A DNA stretch of 64,000 nt, taken from Desulfobacterales bacterium (GTDB taxonomy: Bacteria; Desulfobacterota; Desulfobacteria; Desulfobacterales; UBA11574). The notes under the pieces were generated by a model that worked only from the letters and a program-made list of their open reading frames with translations, was not told the DNA's origin and made no database searches. Position numbers and translations under genes: made by a program. The stretch is from the NCBI GenBank assembly GCA_030145345.1, contig JAQYVT010000005.1, forward strand, positions 3,939 to 67,938, in the 5' to 3' direction. Shown piece by piece: positions 20,592-27,224 of the stretch. Numbering within the stretch: position 1 is the stretch's first letter; each line of letters opens with the position of its first letter.

Positions 20592-20993
20592 CTATTTTTT
20601 AAAATAAAGACCGCGTGACTTAGGTTCGATTTTCCCTTTCTTTGTGAGCTTATACAGCGCATTGCTCAGCTGTTTGGGATTCAGGTTCAATTTTTCTTTG
20701 AGCTGAGCAACGGTAACGCCTTTCTTGGTTTTTTTGATGGAATCAAATACTGCATCCAGAACGGTCAATTGTTTAGGAGGAGCCGCTTTCGCTGCCGGAG
20801 GTTTTTTCTTGGCCGCAGTTTTCTTGGCCGCGGTTTTCTTTGCCACGGCTTTCTTTGCCACGGCTTTCTTTGCCCCAGGTGCCGGTTTGGCAGGCATCAG
20901 CGCATCAGCCTGTTCGGCGATTTTTTCAACCTTATTGGAGAGAGATAGAAGTGATTTGGCGATTGTCTTCAATTGATTCTTTATCTTCTTCAT
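20592..20993 (-). CDS. Histone-H1-like (AKKxA-repeat) protein with a C-terminal winged-helix-like domain
   Basis: It is 133 aa with three parts: an N-terminal coiled coil, an AKKAVAKKAVAKKTAAKKTAAKK tract, and a C-terminus KKGVTVAQLKEKLNLNPKQLSNALYKLTKKGKIEPKSRGLY. That C-terminus is paralogous to the one in the 14914-15306 product. Confidence 0.7.
   Translation of the reverse strand: MKKIKNQLKTIAKSLLSLSNKVEKIAEQADALMPAKPAPGAKKAVAKKAVAKKTAAKKTAAKKKPPAAKAAPPKQLTVLDAVFDSIKKTKKGVTVAQLKEKLNLNPKQLSNALYKLTKKGKIEPKSRGLYFKK
20806..20874. repeat. 15-nt tandem repeat (about 4.6 units) inside the H1-like gene
   Basis: The units are ttcttggccgcagtt / ttcttggccgcggtt / ttctttgccacggct / ttctttgccacggct / ttctttgcc. 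They encode the (AKKxA)n tract on the minus strand. Confidence 0.85.
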
Positions 20994-21258
20994 TTAAATT
21001 TCCTCCTTGATGAGCAGAATTTGTACTACTATTTTGTCTTCTATATATAAGTTATTAAAATGTCAACCCAAAATGAACGCAGAGAAAACGACGGTTGATT
21101 GTAAATAATAATTGCAGCTATTGACAAGGAAGCAACCTTGTGACAGATAAGTTTTTTTGAAAAAATTACCCCGAACCGCCTGTAAACGAAATGACGATGT
21201 ATCGTAACCCCAAACGTTTCAAACGTCGAAGATGCTGCAGATCCAAGGCGCCCGGAGC

Positions 21259-21345
21259 AAGCTTTAGAAGCCTCCAAATGGGGTGCGCGCCAATGATGGG
21301 AGTTTGCTCAATTCCGAATAATAAATGAAATCCTTTGCAAGTCCG
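21259..21345 (+). repeat. Copy A of a duplicated intergenic element (candidate sRNA or REP-like element)
   Basis: The core aatggggtgcgcgccaatgatgggagtttgctcaat (21277-21312) matches 30128-30163 at 35/36 positions. The flanks align at roughly 75-80% over about 85 nt in the same orientation. Confidence 0.6.
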
Positions 21346-21371
21346 GTGTTTATTTCTTCTTTTATAAAAAA

Positions 21372-23303
21372 ATGAAATTTCGCATTGCATATAAAAAGGA
21401 ACTCAATCCTTCCCAATTTCAAGCCGTCAATATTACAAAAGGCTCTCTTCTTGTCATTGCCGGAGCAGGGAGCGGGAAGACAAGAACCCTGACATACCGG
21501 GTGGCACGTCTCGTAGAAGAAGGCATTTCTCCCAGCGCCATCCTTCTATTGACGTTTACCCGTAAAGCATCCCAGGAAATGCTAAAAAGGGCCTCACGCC
21601 TTCTCGACAATCGATGTGAAGGGGTTGCCGGCGGAACTTTTCATTCTTTTGCCTATTCTATCCTGCGAAAATATGCTTCCAGAATAGGATTCGATCATGG
21701 TTTTTCTATCATCGATCGATCTGATTCGGAAAGCCTCATCAGTATGATAAGAAAAGAAATAAAAGGGGTATCAACGTCGGGTTCTTTGCCTCGGAAGCAA
21801 ACTTTGGCAAATATCTTCAGCCGAGCTGTTAACAAAAACTTGTCCATTGAAGATATCATTTTAGACGACTATCCTCATTTCAGCCGTCATCTTGAATCTA
21901 TTCATACCATCTCCAATGCGTACCGAAAACAAAAAGCAGAGCATAATTTTTTTGATTATGACGATCTTCTGATATACTTGGAAATGCTTTTGAAAGATCA
22001 CCCGGATGTCCGTGACAAAATCTGTTCGACCTACCACTATCTGATGGTCGACGAATATCAAGATACAAATAAAATTCAAGCGGAGATCGTATATCTTCTT
22101 GCCGGCAACAACAATGTTATGGTTGTCGGAGATGATTCCCAGAGCATTTATGCTTTCAGGGGCGCAAATTTCGAAAATATCATAAGATTTCCCGAAAAAT
22201 TTCCGGGGACCCGGATAATTAGACTGGAAGAAAACTATCGAAGTGTCCAGCCGATATTAAAACTCACCAATGTCATTATCGACCGAGCGAAACAGAAATA
22301 TTCTAAAACGCTTTTCACGCGAAAAAGCGGCGGGTCATTGCCCTTACTTGTCAATGCCGGGAGTGAAAACAGGCAATCACAGTTTGTGGTTGAAAGGATT
22401 AAGTCCCTTAATCGCAACGGGGTGCCCTTAAATCAGATGGCAGTCCTTTTTAGAGCAAGTTTTCATTCTTTTGATCTTGAAATCGAACTGAACAGAGAAG
22501 GGATCCCTTTTGTCAAGGTCGGTGGTTTTAAATTCATTGAATCTGCACATATTAAGGATGTTCTGGCCCACGTCAGACTTCTGTTGAATCCCTATGACAA
22601 ATTAAGCTGGTATAGAATACTTCTCCTTCTAGACAATATTGGCCCCAAAACCGCCCTTGATATTTTTGAATCGATTTCAACTGAACAATCAGGATATGCC
22701 GGATTGTTTAAAAAGAAACTTAAATCAAAACAATCAAAAAGTCTGGACAGACTCAAGAATCTCTTTTCGAGTATTGATCCATCCGAAATGTCCGTTGTTC
22801 GATTGGGTGAAGCGGTTGTGAAATATTACACGGCCATATTAAAAAATAAATATGATGATCATCCCAAGCGGGCAAAAGACCTTGAGCATCTTATGACCAT
22901 TATGGAACGATACGATAATCTTGAAGGTTTTTTAACCGATATGGCCTTGGAGCCTCCGAATACGAGTTCCCAAGACGGTTTATTAGCGGACAATCCTGAT
23001 GACGACCGTCTAATCCTTTCCACCATTCACTCTGCCAAAGGCCTTGAATGGCATACGGTTTTTATTATATGGGCTCTGGACGGACGATTCCCGTCGATAC
23101 ATGCCGTTCATGATGAAAAAGCACTTGAAGAAGAGTTAAGACTTATCTATGTTGCAGCCACCCGGGCCAAGGAACACCTTTTTTTCACCTATCCCGGGAC
23201 CGTCTATGACAGAATCTCCGGAATGGTTTTAAACCGGCCGTCCCGTTTTCTTGATGATATCCCCGATGACATTCTCGAAAAGTGTTCGGCGATGACATTT
23301 TAG
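21372..23303 (+). CDS. UvrD/Rep/PcrA-family ATP-dependent DNA helicase
   Basis: It is 643 aa with motif I AGAGSGKT, motif II VDEYQDTN, and C-terminal motifs TIHSAKGLEW and YVAATRAK. Confidence 0.85.
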   Translation: MKFRIAYKKELNPSQFQAVNITKGSLLVIAGAGSGKTRTLTYRVARLVEEGISPSAILLLTFTRKASQEMLKRASRLLDNRCEGVAGGTFHSFAYSILRKYASRIGFDHGFSIIDRSDSESLISMIRKEIKGVSTSGSLPRKQTLANIFSRAVNKNLSIEDIILDDYPHFSRHLESIHTISNAYRKQKAEHNFFDYDDLLIYLEMLLKDHPDVRDKICSTYHYLMVDEYQDTNKIQAEIVYLLAGNNNVMVVGDDSQSIYAFRGANFENIIRFPEKFPGTRIIRLEENYRSVQPILKLTNVIIDRAKQKYSKTLFTRKSGGSLPLLVNAGSENRQSQFVVERIKSLNRNGVPLNQMAVLFRASFHSFDLEIELNREGIPFVKVGGFKFIESAHIKDVLAHVRLLLNPYDKLSWYRILLLLDNIGPKTALDIFESISTEQSGYAGLFKKKLKSKQSKSLDRLKNLFSSIDPSEMSVVRLGEAVVKYYTAILKNKYDDHPKRAKDLEHLMTIMERYDNLEGFLTDMALEPPNTSSQDGLLADNPDDDRLILSTIHSAKGLEWHTVFIIWALDGRFPSIHAVHDEKALEEELRLIYVAATRAKEHLFFTYPGTVYDRISGMVLNRPSRFLDDIPDDILEKCSAMTF

Positions 23304-23734
23304 CTTTTTGAAAATATTATCCCATCCAGCATAACAAAATAGACTTTCAAGAAACCCTTATATTTAGGTTTATGATTGATTCAAAAATTAAGCCGTGATA
23401 TGTGCCCAGAAAACATTGCCGCAGAGAATTGAACCTCCCTGTACAAGATTCAGGGAATGGGTTTGCGGCAGAGCCCATCGTTCCTTAATATAGTTTCCAT
23501 CCATAAATGGCCCTTTTTGCCCGGATCTGCGTTCTCCGCGGGTTTCCGGCTGCGGCATACAGGGAGTATGCCTTCCTGTTCCGCAGTGTTTGCGGGGACC
23601 GAAGGCCCTTGTGCCTGCCCCGTGAAATGCGAAGCATATTTTAACTGGGGCGGCCTTGATCCGAACAAAAATTGCTCATTTATGAATAGGAAACGCACCG
23701 TGCTTTTTTACAATTGTGGATGGGCACTAATATA

Positions 23735-23876
23735 GAAGCCATCTCAAAATAAAGATTTTGATTCAAGATCAAGGCGGAGCCGAGTTTTGACCCGCAGGCA
23801 TACTCAAGTATGTCGAGGACTTAAAACGAGGCTATAAGGCCGAGATTGGGCCAAAAGATTATTTTGAGATAGCTTC
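23735..23876. repeat. MITE-like element with 18-nt terminal inverted repeats
   Basis: The ends gaagccatctcaaaataa (23735-23752) and ttattttgagatagcttc (23859-23876) are reverse complements at 17/18 positions. The interior forms a long imperfect hairpin and has no ORF. Confidence 0.45.
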
Positions 23877-23894
23877 TTAATAAATCTGAGAATT

Positions 23895-25118
23895 ATGCCT
23901 CAAGAGTATTACATCCTGATTATCGGTTACATTTTTGGTTTTTACATGGCCTGGAACATCGGCGCCAATGATGTGGCCAACTCCATGGCTTCTTCTGTGG
24001 GTGCCAAGGCGATCACCATTCGCCAGGCCATATTTCTTGCCGGGGTTTTGAATATCGTCGGTGCTGTATTTATTGGATCCCACGTGACCAATACCATCCG
24101 AAAGGGCATTGTCTCGACGGATATCATGACCGATCCCCATGTGGCCCTTATCGGTGCGCTTTCAGCCCTTCTTGCCGCAGCCCTTTGGGTCAGTTTCGCC
24201 ACCTGGAAATCACTTCCGGTCTCCACAACCCATTCCATCGTGGGCGCTATGATCGGGTTTGGAATTATGGCCGGAGGATTTTCGGTCATCAATTGGGGCA
24301 AGCTCTTTGCAGTGGTGTTGAGCTGGGTCATCTCACCGCTGTTTAGCATTGTTATCGCCTATTTAATTTTCAAAATTATCGTACGATTAATACTTTCCAA
24401 AAAAGATACATTTGCCCGATCCTTAAAATTATCTCCGATTTTTATCGGTATTACTTTCTTCGTTGTCGTCTTATCGTTTTTGTTTAAAACCCCTCTGGGG
24501 AAAAAGATGGACTTGGGTCCACCGGCATCTCTGACCGTTGCAATTATCCTCTCTGTTTTATTGGGATTTGCAGGGATGGCGGTTTTGAAACGATTTGTTA
24601 AAGATAGGGAATCCGGAGCAGAGGGGATCTTCCGGCGGATACAGGTGGGAACCGCCTGCTATGTTGCCCTTGCCCAGGGCGCAAACGATGTGGCCAACGC
24701 CATCGGTCCTTTGGCTGTGATTTATTTTCTGGTAAAAACCGGTAGTGTCGGTGCTAAAGTGCCGGTGCCTATTTTTCTCCTCCTGTTTGGCGGCGTCGGT
24801 ATTGCCTGCGGCATCGGCATGGCCGGTCACCGTGTCATGGACACCATGGGCAAAAAAATTACGACGCTGAGCAATACACGTGGGTTTGCCGTTGAATTTT
24901 CAGCGGCAACGACGGTTCTTGTGGCTTCAAAAATGGGCCTGCCGGTTTCTACAACCCATGCAGCCGTCGGCGGCGTTTTGGGAGTGGGCCTGGCACGGGG
25001 AATCGAGGCGGTTAACTTTGGCATTGTTTTCAAAATTATGGTATACTGGGTGTTGACCGTACCTGCGGCTGCGCTGACCAGCATGACCATTTTTAAACTA
25101 CTTCAAATTATTTTATAA
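23895..25118 (+). CDS. pit: Inorganic phosphate transporter, PiT family
   Basis: It is a 407-aa polytopic membrane protein with the duplicated PiT signature GANDVANSM / GANDVANAI. Confidence 0.9.
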   Translation: MPQEYYILIIGYIFGFYMAWNIGANDVANSMASSVGAKAITIRQAIFLAGVLNIVGAVFIGSHVTNTIRKGIVSTDIMTDPHVALIGALSALLAAALWVSFATWKSLPVSTTHSIVGAMIGFGIMAGGFSVINWGKLFAVVLSWVISPLFSIVIAYLIFKIIVRLILSKKDTFARSLKLSPIFIGITFFVVVLSFLFKTPLGKKMDLGPPASLTVAIILSVLLGFAGMAVLKRFVKDRESGAEGIFRRIQVGTACYVALAQGANDVANAIGPLAVIYFLVKTGSVGAKVPVPIFLLLFGGVGIACGIGMAGHRVMDTMGKKITTLSNTRGFAVEFSAATTVLVASKMGLPVSTTHAAVGGVLGVGLARGIEAVNFGIVFKIMVYWVLTVPAAALTSMTIFKLLQIIL

Positions 25119-25124
25119 AAGGAG

Positions 25125-25799
25125 ATGGCAATGCGTTTACCTTTTTTTTCAATGTTCATGACATCACCTTTTGAAGGCCTTCAAGAACATGCCGAAAAGG
25201 TGAAAGAATGTGGCTGGGCGTTTCAGCAGGCCATCGAGTGTCATCTTTCAGAAAAATGCCAAACATTTGAAGAATTCAGACAGGAAGTTATCCGGCTGGA
25301 AACTGACGCTGACGCCATCAAGCGCCGTATTCGCGGCCATCTGCCCAAAGGGACTCTGATGCCGGTTTATAATTTTCTTCTGTTCAGATATTTAAGAGAA
25401 CAGGATCAAGTTATCGATGCCGTTGAAGATGCTCTGGATTGGATCTCTTTTAGAACCGAACCGGGGATTCCCGATGAACTTGAAAAAGACTTTGTCAATC
25501 TGGCGGATGCTGTAATCGAACCTATCGAACAGCTCAGCGAGATGGTTTCCGAAGCAAGAAAATATTTTAAAAATTACTCCGAAGCGCAGCGGGTGGTGAT
25601 AAAAAATATTATCCATACACTACGTCAGAAGGAACATGAAGCGGATAAAGTAGAAGATATCGTCAAGCAAAAAGTGCTGAATATGGATATCGATGCCGTC
25701 ACCGTTTTTCATACCGTCAGACTGGCTGAAATAATCGGATCCATCGCAGATCATGCTGAAAATGCCGGTGACATGATGCGGGCCATGGTCGCCAGATAG
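25125..25799 (+). CDS. DUF47 (TIGR00153, PhoU-like) protein associated with Pit
   Basis: It is a 224-aa helical protein that starts 6 nt after the PiT gene, which is the usual Pit/DUF47 pairing. Confidence 0.8.
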   Translation: MAMRLPFFSMFMTSPFEGLQEHAEKVKECGWAFQQAIECHLSEKCQTFEEFRQEVIRLETDADAIKRRIRGHLPKGTLMPVYNFLLFRYLREQDQVIDAVEDALDWISFRTEPGIPDELEKDFVNLADAVIEPIEQLSEMVSEARKYFKNYSEAQRVVIKNIIHTLRQKEHEADKVEDIVKQKVLNMDIDAVTVFHTVRLAEIIGSIADHAENAGDMMRAMVAR

Positions 25800-25813
25800 G
25801 GTTTTTCCGATTA

Positions 25814-26683
25814 TCAACGTTCACTGCCAAATCTATTGAAAGACCGGGATAACTCGGAATTTTCAATGATTCCGGAATTACGTAGAAACGATTCCACATC
25901 CCCCCAAAAGACTTCCCAGCTCGGCGGACAATCGTTATGTCCGCTTTTATAGGTGATCATTGTGGCGTTACTGGATGCCTTGTAAAGGGTCATTCCATGG
26001 GAATAGGGAATGACCTCGTCGAACTTGCCATGGATGACAAGCGTCGGTTTCTTATAGGTGCGGACAACGGCAAGATTATCAAACGGGTCTCGGATCAGCA
26101 CCGCGGGCGCAAGGTATCTTTTTGCAAATGACCGGACACTGATAAAGGCAGACATGAGAATCAGTGCTGCAGAAGGTCGTTGGGCGGCAAGTTCGCACAC
26201 CGCACCACCGCCTACGGAACGCCCGAATAAAATGATTTTAGCCGGGTCCACATCTTGGCGTTCAATGAGAACATCGTAAGCACGGTTGAATGCCGCCGTG
26301 ATATTTTTTTGTGACGGCGTTCCCTCGGACCGTCCATACCCCGGATACTCCACAAGGAACACCCCGATTCCAAGACGATTGAATTTTTTTAATTCATGGG
26401 GCCAGAAATCGATGAGTTCTCCGTTTCCGTGGGCGAAAAAAACCGCCGGCGCCGGTTCGGCCTCGTTGACCGGATCCGGCGGTAGAAACCAAGCCTCGAT
26501 TTTTCCAGCATCTGTTTCTATCCAAATCTTTTCCACAAAGGGGATATCTTCATCTTTCGAAGGCGTTTCGACAAGATAACGAGGAAACAGCATCTGTCGC
26601 TGAATTAGGAAGAGTAAGCCACAGTAGACAAGGTATATAAATAGCGTCCATGTAACAATTTTTACCACCATATCTTTCATCAT
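25814..26683 (-). CDS. Alpha/beta hydrolase with an N-terminal membrane anchor
   Basis: It has the nucleophile elbow FGRSVGGG, a HGKFDEVIP region and a late His (SGHND). It has an N-terminal TM helix. Confidence 0.75.
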   Translation of the reverse strand: MMKDMVVKIVTWTLFIYLVYCGLLFLIQRQMLFPRYLVETPSKDEDIPFVEKIWIETDAGKIEAWFLPPDPVNEAEPAPAVFFAHGNGELIDFWPHELKKFNRLGIGVFLVEYPGYGRSEGTPSQKNITAAFNRAYDVLIERQDVDPAKIILFGRSVGGGAVCELAAQRPSAALILMSAFISVRSFAKRYLAPAVLIRDPFDNLAVVRTYKKPTLVIHGKFDEVIPYSHGMTLYKASSNATMITYKSGHNDCPPSWEVFWGDVESFLRNSGIIENSELSRSFNRFGSER

Positions 26684-26786
26684 ACCTTATGGGTAAATAA
26701 TTTTTCAAACTTTCTTTTTAAGGCTTTCAACAGGTTAGCCTTCTACAGTTCGAGAATGTGCAGATATTGCGGTTTTTTTTTCTTGA

Positions 26787-26804
26787 CATACTACATATAG
26801 TATG
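26787..26804. promoter_or_regulatory. NrdR-box-like palindrome overlapping a TTGACA hexamer upstream of nrdJ
   Basis: The sequence catactacatatagtatg is a 16/18 palindrome and resembles the NrdR operator consensus acaCwAtATaTwGtgt. A TTGACA lies at 26783-26788. A weaker AT-centred half-palindrome (gcagatattgc) lies about 30 nt upstream. Confidence 0.4.
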
Positions 26805-26943
26805 GAAGATTTGGACTCGAAACTTTCCAGCAGACCTGCCGATTAATTTTCGTAAGTTTTAACAGGTTTTTTTGGTTTTTTAGCCAGTGCAATTTTTACT
26901 CGATAAAGTCGATAACAACCTCATCCAAACAGAATGAAATTCG

Positions 26944-27029
26944 ATTTCCCGATACTGAAAGATTGATGATTTCAATTAATGGAATTTTTAGCGTCGATCG
27001 AAACTTGATGGTATCGGAAATTTTTTTTT
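26944..27029 (+). promoter_or_regulatory. Terminator-like hairpin plus T9 tract inside the nrdJ leader (possible attenuator)
   Basis: The arm atttcccgatac (26944-26955) pairs with gtatcggaaat (27011-27021) and is followed by nine T. A second hairpin, cctccga-acccc-tcggagg, lies at 27043-27061. Confidence 0.35.
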
Positions 27030-27176
27030 AGAGCAGAAAAATCCTCCGAACCCCTCGGAGGCGGGGACGTTGGGGGCAGGTGTAGGATAACATCGCAGAG
27101 CGATGCAATACTTGTCATATTTTAAGATACATGGTACGGATAAGGATAATTTCCGGATAACGATGATAACAATCAT

Positions 27177-27224
27177 ATAGGAGTACGGCAATGGGTTCAA
27201 ATAGGAGTGCGGCAATGGGTTCCA
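27177..27224 (+). repeat. Tandem 24-nt duplication of the nrdJ ribosome-binding site and start codon
   Basis: The copies are ataggagtacggcaatgggttcaa and ataggagtgcggcaatgggttcca (22/24 identical). Each carries AGGAG, a 7-nt spacer and an ATG, and the two ATGs are in frame. Confidence 0.9.

Noticed and set aside
23419-23700. I considered assigning the hairpin-rich region to RNase P RNA, tmRNA, 6S RNA, or a cobalamin or c-di-GMP riboswitch.
   Set aside because: None of the diagnostic conserved blocks is present. The blocks checked include GAGGAAAGTCCGGGC, a tRNA-like 3' end with TCCACCA, and GACGCAAAGCC. It is kept only as an unassigned structured region.
26810-27190. I considered a cobalamin riboswitch in the nrdJ leader.
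   Set aside because: The conserved B12-box and core elements (GCCACTG, AGGGAA...GGTG..AA.TCC) are absent on either strand. B12 riboswitches normally control B12-independent RNRs, not class II enzymes.
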